A DNA stretch of 64,000 bases. It comes from an uncultured Planctomycetota bacterium (GTDB lineage Bacteria; Planctomycetota; Planctomycetia; Isosphaerales; Isosphaeraceae). The stretch covers positions 256,001-320,000 of the forward strand of contig CAWGMQ010000005.1 of the NCBI GenBank assembly GCA_963823665.1, given 5' to 3'. Below the pieces are notes generated by a model. It had not been told where the DNA came from. It did not search any database and saw only the letters and a program-made list of their open reading frames with translations. Below, piece by piece: positions 46,314 through 56,304 of the stretch. Made by a program: the position numbers and the translations under genes. How positions within the stretch are numbered: position 1 is the stretch's first letter; every line of letters begins with the position of its first letter.

Positions 46314-46472
46314 TTACGAATCCAGTTGTGGTATCGAGGGGAACGCTCCGGCGCACCCCTCGATCACCCGTCTCCGACACCTGGCGCGGGCTTCCGGCAA
46401 GGACCGCGCTTGGTGGCGTGTTCTCCACCATTGATACACAACCGCACGCGAAGGCCTGCGCCGGAGATCTCG

Positions 46473-46751
46473 ATGAGCTCGACCCACTATTATCACACCC
46501 AGCCCAAGCCGGTCTCGACCCGAGCTCGCTGCCCGGTGTGCAATCAAGCCGCCTATTCAGCGGCCGGCATTCATCCTCAGTGCGCCGAGCGCCAGGCTGA
46601 CCCACCGAGACCGAAAGACAAGTCGAAAGTGCCCACCTTGATCGCCGCCACGGCAGAGGGCGACACCGCCGCCGCCCCCACGGTTGGAAGCCCCGCCGCC
46701 GTCAAACGGCCCCCTTACGGTCGCGGCCGTCGACCGTTCGTCGCGAAGTGA
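46473..46751 (+). CDS. Small putative zinc-binding protein
   Basis: RCPVCNQAAYSAAGIHPQC (CxxC...HxxC). Confidence 0.6.
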   Translation: MSSTHYYHTQPKPVSTRARCPVCNQAAYSAAGIHPQCAERQADPPRPKDKSKVPTLIAATAEGDTAAAPTVGSPAAVKRPPYGRGRRPFVAK

Positions 46752-46862
46752 GACGCTCGCGAATCCCAAAAAAAAGAACAACCCTCGCAGCGCCTTGGAG
46801 GCGATGCGAGGGCCGTTCCGTTTGTCGGCTCAGGTTTATCGACCGAATTCGTGAAGACGTGC

Positions 46863-47449
46863 TCAGTTGCCAGCCGGGGTCGGCAGGAGCAGGCCGCTTC
46901 CGCGAGTCGTCGAGACCTCGGGGGCGGGAGGAGCTTCTTCACCGGGAACGATCGCCGGGGTCATCTCGGCAGGGGCCGCGGCAATCGAGGTCGCGGGCTT
47001 CGCACCCTGGAAGGTGTGCTGGCCAGCGCCGTAGACGCCGTACTGACCACTAGGAGCAGCGCCACCCTGGCCAGAGGGAGCAATCCCGCCCTGACCGCTT
47101 GCATAAGGACCGGCCGCACCCGGGCGCAGCCGCCGTCATTGCACTTCGGGGCGTGCTGGAGCGAGAAGCAGTGCTTCTTCTTCAACACCCACTCGTATTT
47201 GCACGTGTGGACGAGCTTGGGAAGGTGGCAGTTGATCTTGGGCATATGGAAGCTGAAGCAGTGCTTCTTGGGCGCGCACGGCGCGGGCTCGCACCCGGCC
47301 ACACCGCCTTGGCCAGTGGCATACGGACCGCCCTGGGGCGAGGCCAGACCACAGGTCGTGCAGTTGTCATCGTGCCCGCCTGCCATGCTCACGCTGCAGA
47401 ATCCAAGAGCGAGGGCGAGGCTAAGGCTGAACGTCAAGGGCTTCAACAT
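46863..47449 (-). CDS. Secreted Cys/His-rich low-complexity protein with GQGG repeats; frameshift near 47120
   Basis: Signal peptide; CTTC, two copies of KKHCFS; corrected frame gives GPYASGQGGIAPSGQGGAAPSGQYG...LLLPTPAGN then stop. Confidence 0.65.
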
Positions 47450-47952
47450 GGGAGAAAACGCTCCTTAGCTAACATTAATCGAGGGTGGCGATTCCGGCCG
47501 GCCGTCTCGCTCGACCCTGTAATCGTGTCGGTCGTACATGGCATCGGATCGTCAGCTCGGTCTTCCCGGGACCTGAAGCCTTGCGGGCCTCTTCCGCCGA
47601 TCGACACCACCAGTTCGGCACTCCCGTGTTCTCGCCGTGGCATGACCTTGGCGAGCCATCGGATATATCGTCAACATTACCGCGTCGCTTGAATCCGCTT
47701 CATGTTTTGTACCAACACGTTACGACGACAAAACTGCCGGTCGTCGCGATCAGGCAAAACAGGAAGTTTGCACAAAACAGGGCGACGCCACAAACGGCAT
47801 AACCGCAATTCTTGCGGCTTTGCGTTTTCTCTGATCGCTAGAATTGGTGCGCACAGAAGAGCGAGTTTCGCCTCGAATCGGCGCGGGGGCTCGCATGCCC
47901 GGGCTGAGCGAGTTCAAAGGGAAGGCGATTCGATTCTGCAGCGGGTCAGCGC

Positions 47953-49839
47953 CTACCGTCGCATCGACGCCCTACGCGAAGCCTCATCAAGCGTCGGCCG
48001 GATGCTGGTAACCTCGAGCAACACGAGTTCGTTGCGCTTCATGCTCGTCTCGCGTAGCAACGGCTTGGTGCGGGTGGCGAGCTCGGCGGCGAACAGCTCG
48101 TACTGGCGGTCGCGGATCAGCAAGTAACGCGCGAGCCCGTCGCGACGGTCCAGCCAAACCAGGAGCGCCTGCTTTTCGCGCGCCACCCGTTCGGCTTCGA
48201 GCCCGGCGAGCGTCTTGGAGTGACGCCGCTTGCGCAGAAAGCTGCGAGCCAGATCAAAGGCGGTGTTGTAGCGGGGATGAGTCTCCGGCACGGGTGCCAG
48301 ACGAAAACCCTTCGCGTAGAACCAGAGCCCTTCGTCGATCTCGTTGAAGAACATCAACGTGGGTGTGGATGAGGTGCCCGAAACGATCCCATCGAGCTTC
48401 TCCGCCACTGTTCGATGGCCACGTGCGGCGTTCTCCTGCGGAGCAATCTGTCCGTAAGCCACCAGGAATCCGACCACGCACGCGGCAGCAAGGGGCGCAA
48501 GTGCAATCGAGCTTCCTCCCCTCCGCCACGTTCGAGCACTTGCGGCGACCGCAATCGCAATGACCAGCCCGATGACCAGGCACCACGGCCAGCGGTCGGC
48601 TTCGACCTGATCGCGTGCCACGATCGGGGCCACAGCCGCCGCAACGAAGAACAATACCCACTGCGCTTGCAAGAGGCTTCGAGCCGCGATCGATTGGCCT
48701 CGCTTCGCCGGCCGACGCCCCGCCCTGCGCCAGCTCGACCCACGCGGCGCCGATCAGCAATGCCATGCCCGGCACGCACGGGACGTAATAGTTGGGCTTG
48801 GCGACCGACCAGCAGCAGAAAACAAATAGATTGCCCACACCCCACCACCACGGGAACCAAAGGTACGCGGATGGTCGCGCTGGCTGGGCTTGCCCCACAT
48901 TGCGCTCCGAAGTTCGTTCTCTCCTCGCGAGAAAGAAGGGCAGGATTGCTGCCACCGGAGCGATCATGGACCAGGGCAGGACCATGCCGGGCCATTGTGT
49001 TGCGAGCAACTGGTGGCGGCGGTGCTCGAGTATCTGCGAGAACCCGATTTTCTCCGACATCTCCAGGGCCCAGACCCGCGCGGCCGCCGAGTCCTCAAGC
49101 AGCACGGCAACCGGCCAGCTCATGGCCAGCGCGGCGAAGATCAGAACGCCCCGGACCGCTGAATAAGCGTCGCAGATCCCCATGCAAGACGGCGGCCTGA
49201 CGCAAGGTACGGGACCAGAGTCACGCCCGCGAGCAACAGGATGATCGGGCCCTTGGTCAAGAACCCCAGGCCGAGCGCACAGTAGAACAGCAGACACCAG
49301 CCGATCGCGCCGGCCGGTTCCGTATCTCGAGCAGCGCCAGTTGTGTGATCGCCCGTGGGTGACCTATCACTCGCTCGCTCCAGCCTGCGCCAGGCCGCAT
49401 AGAGCGCGAGCGTCGTGAAAAACGCGAGCGGACCGTCGTTGCTGGCCTGGCGCATCTCCCCGACAAAGAACGCCGACGAGCAGAGGACCAACCCGGACGC
49501 CAGGGCGAGCTCGCGGCCCCCCATGCGCAATCCCAACGCGTAAATGAGCGCAACGGTCAGGGCACCCGCGATCGCACCGGGAAGCCGCACGATCCGTTCG
49601 TCACGGCACCCGGTCAGCTTGATCAGAGCCGCGATCGACCAACGCGGCAGCGGCGGCTTCTCAAGTCGAGGTCGACCCTGAATCTCGGCAACCAGCCAGT
49701 GGTCGTGGTCGACCGTGTCGATCGCCTCGGCCGCTGCCCGCTGCTCGCGCTTACCCCAGAGCTCGACCGAGCCCAGACAGCCCAGGAAGGCCGCCAGTGC
49801 CAGCACCAAGAGCAGAGCCTCGGGCCACCATCGTCTCAT
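47953..49839 (-). CDS. ArnT/GT83-like integral membrane glycosyltransferase; frameshifts near 49170 and 48720
   Basis: LWGKREQR, PRLEKPPLPRW, VRLPGA, LGFLTKGP, KPNYYVPCVP. Confidence 0.85.
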
Positions 49840-49979
49840 ATGGGCCGGCAAGCTAACCGATCTGGCTGCTTTGGGCAATGGCGGAAGGCTCGGCGTTCGA
49901 CGCCGCGCTCACTGCGGGGTTTCCAGCTCACCAGCCCGAATCGCCAGCGAGGCGCCCCCTTCGCGCGAGGCCATGCTCA

Positions 49980-50534
49980 CTACGGGGTTTCCAGGGCGAA
50001 GTACATCGACAGCTCGGGCGGCGAGGTCGTGCGATTGTACATGAGACCGAGGAAGAGCCCGGGCGCGACCTGGCGAATCTCGTCGCGGTTATCGGCGTAG
50101 ATTCGTGACGTCTGGCTGTAGTCGAGCACCAGCGACGGCCGGCCGTCGAGCCAGCTCGGGCCCTCGTAAAGCTGGCCGCGAATGACCCGCATGCCGAAGA
50201 AGCGATTGACCGCCGTCGCCTCGTCGGGCTCAAACACCTTCCCCTGCCAGAGCAGCCGTGCGCCGCGCGAGACGATCCGGGCCCGACGCGTTCCGGGTGC
50301 CAGCAGCGCGGTGCCCCGCACCCGGCCGGGGGGAATGGCCACCGCCGTGCCCTGCCGGTAGACGTTTTCTATCTGCGCGGGTGTCATCGCCAGCAACTGG
50401 TCGAGCGTGACGGTTGCCTCGGCTGTTTGACCCTGTGCGTCGGGCGTGCAAGCCACAGCGCATCCGAGCACAAGCACGAAACCCATCATTCGAATTGTGT
50501 TCGCACCGACGAGCCGCCACGATCGAGTGGTCAC
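49980..50534 (-). CDS. Hypothetical exported protein
   Basis: Signal-like N-terminus; WQGKVF, SWLDGRPSLVLDY, RDEIRQVAPGLFLG look like conserved-domain motifs. Confidence 0.65.
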   Translation of the reverse strand: MTTRSWRLVGANTIRMMGFVLVLGCAVACTPDAQGQTAEATVTLDQLLAMTPAQIENVYRQGTAVAIPPGRVRGTALLAPGTRRARIVSRGARLLWQGKVFEPDEATAVNRFFGMRVIRGQLYEGPSWLDGRPSLVLDYSQTSRIYADNRDEIRQVAPGLFLGLMYNRTTSPPELSMYFALETP

Positions 50535-50707
50535 GATTGTTTCTCCTCATCTTGTTGCCGTTAGCGAATGTTGTCTACGACCCGACGCGCGCACGACGAG
50601 CCTTATCTTCATAAATCGGCCGGCAAGCTCGCCTCGCTTGAATCCCGATCATCAGCCTGGCCAGCGCCGTGGTTCGGACAGCCCGAATCCAGACCGATTC
50701 TCGAAGA

Positions 50708-51544
50708 TCAGCCAGACGCCATCGGTGGATTTCCAGGCCGCGGCCGACTCCACCATCGCCACATGAGCGCCAGGCCGAGCACCCACGCCACGAGCATCGC
50801 GTGGAAAAGCTCACGGCGCCTGACCTCTCCGTATGTGATCGTGCTGGTGCAGCCGCTCATCACAGTCAAGCCAGCCGCGACGACCAGCAGCCGAACGATC
50901 CGCGGATCGAAGAAGTAGCTTCGCCAGACGGCGGTTGCGACCCAGAAACTGCCGAAGAGCGTGCCAACAAATGTCCCGGCAACCACGATGCCATGCACCA
51001 GCGAGCGACTCCACTGGCCGGCGCGCTTCGCCCGCCGCAGCGCGGACCACGCCGGCCAGAGCCACGAGTAGGCCCAGATCGCGACGGCCGCGATCGATAA
51101 CACCCAGGTACCGACCCAGTAAGCCCAGGTATTTTTCCATGACTGCGGAATCTGGGGGACACGGCCAAGAAGACCCGGAAACAGCCGGTCTGCGTACATC
51201 AGACTGAAGAACACCCCCATGCACACAAAAGCGCCCCACCAGGGGCCGACGGCGACCCACACGGCCCTACGGCCCAGCAGTCGCCGCAGTCGGCCGCGCG
51301 GCGGTGGATCATCGTCCGGCACGTGCATCGTCGCGCCGGCCAGGAAGCCATAGCCCAGGAGCGGACCGAGCATGAGAATCCAGACGAGCCAGCCCCAGAC
51401 GCGCGGATCCGGCCCGGCTTTGCCGGAATCGCTAAAATCCAGATCACTGACCTGGAAGTACAGGTCCTCCAGCACAACCGGCACCACCGGAAAAATCAAC
51501 CAGGCGAGAACCGGCCAGAGCTCTCGACGAAATCCGTTCGGCAC
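50708..51544 (-). CDS. Hypothetical polytopic membrane protein
   Basis: Trp-rich, about seven hydrophobic segments; GGAG RBS upstream. Confidence 0.7.
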   Translation of the reverse strand: MPNGFRRELWPVLAWLIFPVVPVVLEDLYFQVSDLDFSDSGKAGPDPRVWGWLVWILMLGPLLGYGFLAGATMHVPDDDPPPRGRLRRLLGRRAVWVAVGPWWGAFVCMGVFFSLMYADRLFPGLLGRVPQIPQSWKNTWAYWVGTWVLSIAAVAIWAYSWLWPAWSALRRAKRAGQWSRSLVHGIVVAGTFVGTLFGSFWVATAVWRSYFFDPRIVRLLVVAAGLTVMSGCTSTITYGEVRRRELFHAMLVAWVLGLALMWRWWSRPRPGNPPMASG

Positions 51545-51954
51545 GCACCACTCCTTTCTCAGGGGCCTCCGCAGACCATGATCGAGGATACTCGATGACC
51601 CCGCCTGCGTAAATGCGCCTGAAAGTCGCCTCGCGGCACTCTTCTCACTAAAAAATTCGGCGTGCGTTTTCGTCCCAAGCTCATGTTACTGCGTCATGTC
51701 GGCAAACGGCCCGGAGATTTGGGCCTACCAGTCGGGTTGACAGTCCAGCGGACAATCGGTTATATCGCGGAGGTCACTGGAGATGAGCACGAAATCCCAC
51801 GGCAACAGGCGAGCACCCTCGCCCTGGGGAATTCCCCGCTTTGAGATTTCGCCCAGCTTTCTTACAGACGCTTCACGCCAGGTCGTTCTTGTTGAATTGA
51901 CGACCCGGCGAGCCATAGCACGGCAACATTTTTCCGTATATTCAAGTGTACAAG

Positions 51955-52063
51955 GATGGTGCGGCCGTAGCGGGGAATTCACCGGTTCACGGAGGAACCG
52001 GCCCCCGCAGTTTTCCGGAGAAGAGAGCCGAGCACGGCATTTCACGTCCGGCCACACGCCATC
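51955..52063 (+). ncRNA. Candidate structured 5' leader RNA of the MBOAT operon
   Basis: Manual fold gives a closed multibranch with three inner hairpins, starting just after a TATATT -10-like hexamer (51937-42). Confidence 0.35.
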
Positions 52064-52277
52064 GTGAGGGTCTCGTCCCCGATTGACCCGCCTTCTTGCG
52101 ACGTGCTCGGTTCGACACAAGCAGGTGACAAGGCCGGTCGTGCCGGCCGGCCGAGCCCGAGAAAACAGACCGTCCGTCGAGCCGAGGACCCTCTCACTGG
52201 ATGGTCGCTCGGGTGAATCCGGCGTGATTTGCGGCGCTTCACGCGACGGCCGCCGATCTGAAACGCGAAAAGGGGCG

Positions 52278-53699
52278 ATGCTGATGAGGACTAAGAGCCA
52301 TATCTCGGTCCTCCCCAAGCCGAAGCGGGTTCCCCACCAGCAGTACCTGCCGGCTCACTCCGCCGCGCCGGACCCTGTGCCGCCGCCGGAGCGCGGTCTC
52401 TTTCCGGGTGAGCCCGAGAACTGCCGCCGCCGCCTGCGCCCGTTTCTGCGCAACCTCGCTTTTCTCGGCCTCCTTCTCCTCGTCTTCAAGGTTTTTCGCA
52501 TCGAGGAACGCGCCTACCAGGGGCGAGCCTTCCAGACTCTGGCAACGCTCGCCTTCCTGGCCTTCCCGGTCCACTATCTGAGCCCCTACCGCTTCAAGAA
52601 GCCGGTCTTCCTCGCCGTATCGATCGTCGGACTGTTCCTGGTCTTCGGAGCACTCCTGGCCGGGATCGTGCTCGCCTTTGCCGCGGTCTTGATCGGCGTT
52701 TGCTTTCTACCGATAAGGTGGTCTGCCCGCGCCGCGATCGTTGCCGCGATCGCCATGGCCTGCACGATCGCACGGCCTGGACTGGCAAACGCGGTTATTC
52801 CCGACGCCGTCTGGGCGATCGTCGCGTCGATCTTCATGTTCCGGATGATGATCTACCTTTATGAGCTCAAGCACGCCCGGAAGCCGGAAGGCCTGGTCGA
52901 TACGCTATCTTACTTTTTCCTGCTGCCCAATTACTGTTTCATGCTCTTTCCGGTCGTCGACTACCGCACGATGCAGCGCGGCTACTTCGCCCAGGATGTA
53001 CATGCCGTGCAGGAGCGCGGGCTCGAGATGATGTTCCGCGGCACGATTCACCTACTCTGCTACCGCTTGATCTACCACGACTTCTTGATTCCGGCATCGA
53101 AGGTGCACGACCCGGTCAGCCTGGCCACCTACCTCGTGTGCAACTACCTGCTCTACCTCCAGGTCTCAGGCCAGTTTCATATGGCCGTCGGCATGCTGCA
53201 TCTCTTCGGCTTTCAGCTTCCGCAGACCCATCATCACTACCTGCTGGCGAAGAGCTTCACCGACTACTGGCGACGGATCAACATCTACTGGAAAGATTTC
53301 ATGGTCCGCCTTTTCTTTAATCCCGTGGTCTTCCAGCTCAAGCGATGGCCCCAGCCTCTGGCTCTGGCAATTGCGACCTCGATCGTCTTTCTGGCCACCT
53401 GGCTCCTGCACGCATACCAGTCGTACTGGCTGCGCGGAAGTTGGGGGTTCTCGGTCACGGACGCGCTGTTCTGGGGAATCTTGGGCGCCCTGGTTCTTGT
53501 GAACGTCCAGCTCGACGCGCGCGGCAGCCGGTCCCGCCCCGCGAGCGACCGGGTGGTCCGTTCGAGCCGTCATCTCGCCATTTCCTCGTTGAAAGTCGCC
53601 GGAACATTCGCCACGGTCACGGTCTTGTGGTCCTTGTGGTGCAGCCCCAGTCTCTCGGCCTGGCTGGACATGTTTCATCGAGGGATCTATGGGTCATGA
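52278..53699 (+). CDS. MBOAT family membrane-bound O-acyltransferase (DltB/AlgI-like, divergent)
   Basis: SFTDYWRRINIYWKDF (variant of FWRRWHISL), TWLLHAY with putative catalytic His, YLQVSG; many TM helices. Confidence 0.85.
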   Translation: MLMRTKSHISVLPKPKRVPHQQYLPAHSAAPDPVPPPERGLFPGEPENCRRRLRPFLRNLAFLGLLLLVFKVFRIEERAYQGRAFQTLATLAFLAFPVHYLSPYRFKKPVFLAVSIVGLFLVFGALLAGIVLAFAAVLIGVCFLPIRWSARAAIVAAIAMACTIARPGLANAVIPDAVWAIVASIFMFRMMIYLYELKHARKPEGLVDTLSYFFLLPNYCFMLFPVVDYRTMQRGYFAQDVHAVQERGLEMMFRGTIHLLCYRLIYHDFLIPASKVHDPVSLATYLVCNYLLYLQVSGQFHMAVGMLHLFGFQLPQTHHHYLLAKSFTDYWRRINIYWKDFMVRLFFNPVVFQLKRWPQPLALAIATSIVFLATWLLHAYQSYWLRGSWGFSVTDALFWGILGALVLVNVQLDARGSRSRPASDRVVRSSRHLAISSLKVAGTFATVTVLWSLWCSPSLSAWLDMFHRGIYGS

Positions 53700-54934
53700 T
53701 TCGCGCATGACCAGGCAGATGCTGGTCGTCGTCCTCATTCTTCTGTCCGGCATCGTGCCCGAGCGGCTGGCCGGTCTCAAGGCGTCGTCGCTCCGCGACA
53801 GCTTGAAGAGCAACCTCTTCAACCGTGCTGACCTCGAGCGCATGGAGCACGGCTATTACGAAGCGCTGCTTGACCGCGGCCGTCGCCTGGACGACCTGGC
53901 CGAGCTGCCCACGATGCGAGTGCGGTGGCGCTCGGGCAGCACGTGGTCAATCCCCGTCGATCAGTCGCCGCTGGTGGTTCGAGTGGACGACCTGCGCGAG
54001 GTCGTGCTCAAGAAGAACGACGCCACGACGCGATTCGGCCTCGACTGGCGCACCAATTCACAAGGAATGCGCGACCGCGAGTATTCACTCGAGAAGCCGC
54101 CCGGAACCTTCCGCGTGGCCTTGGTCGGCGACTCCATCGGCGCCGGCTGGGGTGTCAACGCCGAGGATCGATTCGAATCGATCCTCGAGGAATTGTGGGA
54201 CAAACGTGCCGGCGCCATTGCAGGACGCAAAGTCGAGTTCATCAACTGCGCGGTGCCGGGGCATTCGCCGGGCCAGCGCTGGTATCACTTCGGCCTTCTC
54301 GGCTGGCCCATGGAACCCGACCTTGTGATCTATGAGGCAACCGCCGCGGACATCGGCTGGGACGAGCGCCGCCTACGATTCCTGCTGGCGCGCGGCATTG
54401 GCTGGGACTGCCCCATCTACCGTGCGGCTCTGAAAGCAGCAGGTGTGCAGCCGCTCGGCAGCCCCGATCATTACAAGCGAGCGCCTCCAGCCCAGGCACT
54501 GGGAGATCCTCGCGGGAGTTTATCGATACATGGCGGCCGATTGTCGCGCGCGGGGCGTGCCGGTCTTCTGGGTTCTCGTACCGCGGATCGGACGGCGCGG
54601 CGATGCAGAGGGCAAGCCTGCCCTGATCGAGACCGCTCGAAAAGCCGGGTTCGCCGGCGTGATCGACTTGACCGATGCCTTCGACGACCTCGACCCGGCT
54701 CGCCTCACGGTCGACCGCGACGACTTTCATCCCAACGCCCTGGGCCATGCGCGCATAGCCCAGAGGCTCGATCAGGCGCTTGAGCCGATCCCCCAGGTGG
54801 CAAGGATCTGGGAGACGGCAACCGCCTCGGAGAACGTTGGGCGGCTGGCTCGAAGCAAGGAGCCCGACACCGAGCGCCTCGATGAACAGGTCAAAGCAAC
54901 GAGCTTCGCTCCTGAAGGCGGAGGGCGGCCATGA
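53689..54934 (+). CDS. SGNH/GDSL-like protein 1; frameshift near 54490
   Basis: TNSQGMRDREY, ALVGDS, INCAVPG, DDFHPNALGH. Confidence 0.85.
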
Positions 54935-56286
54935 TGAGCACATTCAACATGGGCGGGGTTGCCAGGTCGCGGATCGGGATCGTGCAGTCGATCGCCTTGC
55001 TGGCGGTGGCGACCTTGCCGTGGCCCGCGCGCTGGGAGCGAGTTCGCGGCGCGGTCGATAGCGCTCGCTCACCCGAGCTGAACCGCGCCGAGCGCGAAAA
55101 CCACACGTGGAGCTACTACGATGCGTTGATCGGCAGCCCTGACGGATCGAGCAGCGACTCGACGGTTCGCTTGACGGGCAAGCCCACGGGCTCGGTGAGC
55201 TTCCGGGAAGCCGACGTGGTCTCCTACCTGGACGACGACTTCCTCCAGTTCGAGCTCAAACCGTTCCTTTCGCGCAACCTCTTCGGCCAGCCGTTCCTGA
55301 CCAATGCGTTTGGTATGCACGACGCCCCGATCTCGATGGCGAAGCCCGAAGGAACCGTGCGCATCGCCGTTCTCGGCTCGTCGATGGATATGGGCTGGGG
55401 CGTGCGCTACCAGGAGACGTACATCAACAAGCTCGAACAGTGGCTGGATCGCCACGCCGGCATGCAACATTCATCCCCCCCGCGGCGTTTCGAGGTGCTC
55501 AACTTCGCGGTGGCCGCTTACAGCCCCATGCAACGGCTCGAGGTGCTGCGCCGCAAGGTCATGGCCTTCGATCCAGACCTGGTCATCTACTCGGCGACAA
55601 CCCTCGATCTCCGGCTCATGGAGATTCACCTCTGCGACATGCTGCGTAAGAACGTCGATCTCAAGTATGATTTTATCAGCCAGGCCAAAACGCTTGCAAA
55701 TATCGATTCCGATGACCTGCAGCTTGACCGCGACGGAGACCTGCTCAACAAGGATCGGGTCAAGAGGAAGCTGCGGACGGTTTACTGGTGGCTCTACGAC
55801 TTCACCTTCGGTGCGATCGCCTCCGAGTGCCGCGGGCGGGGCATTCCCCTCGTGATGGTGATCATACCGCGAGTGGGCAAGGCCGACGTACCGTCCCTGC
55901 GCATCGAGCCGGTGGCGCGGCTCAAAGCCCTGGCCGCTCATCAGGGGATCACCGTCTTCGATCTTTCGGATACATTCGATCAAATTGACCCGGCCAAGCT
56001 CGAGATCGCCGCCTGGGACGACCATCCCAACGTGCTCGGGCACCACCGGCTGTTCCTGGCCTTGGCGCGTGCGCTCGTCAAGGATCAGGACGTTTATCGC
56101 TTGCTGTTTCCGCGGGATGAACCACCGCGAATAAACCGATCGGCGTCCGATCAAGCCCTGGCCCAGGGCACGCGCGACGACGCCGTGACGCGCGCCGGAG
56201 CCCTGGTCCCTCGATGTGCAAGGGACCTGCCCAGGCTCGACAAGATCGTCGTGTGCGAAAAGGATGATGTATTCATACCGCAATGA
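54931..56286 (+). CDS. SGNH/GDSL-like protein 2
   Basis: TNAFGMHD, AVLGSS, LNFAVAAY, DDHPNVLGH; ATGA overlap. Confidence 0.85.
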   Translation: MMSTFNMGGVARSRIGIVQSIALLAVATLPWPARWERVRGAVDSARSPELNRAERENHTWSYYDALIGSPDGSSSDSTVRLTGKPTGSVSFREADVVSYLDDDFLQFELKPFLSRNLFGQPFLTNAFGMHDAPISMAKPEGTVRIAVLGSSMDMGWGVRYQETYINKLEQWLDRHAGMQHSSPPRRFEVLNFAVAAYSPMQRLEVLRRKVMAFDPDLVIYSATTLDLRLMEIHLCDMLRKNVDLKYDFISQAKTLANIDSDDLQLDRDGDLLNKDRVKRKLRTVYWWLYDFTFGAIASECRGRGIPLVMVIIPRVGKADVPSLRIEPVARLKALAAHQGITVFDLSDTFDQIDPAKLEIAAWDDHPNVLGHHRLFLALARALVKDQDVYRLLFPRDEPPRINRSASDQALAQGTRDDAVTRAGALVPRCARDLPRLDKIVVCEKDDVFIPQ

Positions 56287-56304
56287 GAGGCGGATCACAC
56301 GCGT

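Noticed and set aside
51955..52100. c-di-AMP (ydaO) riboswitch
   Set aside because: Only the ACGGAGGAACC word matches; the GCUGAAUCC and CAGCUAAC motifs are absent
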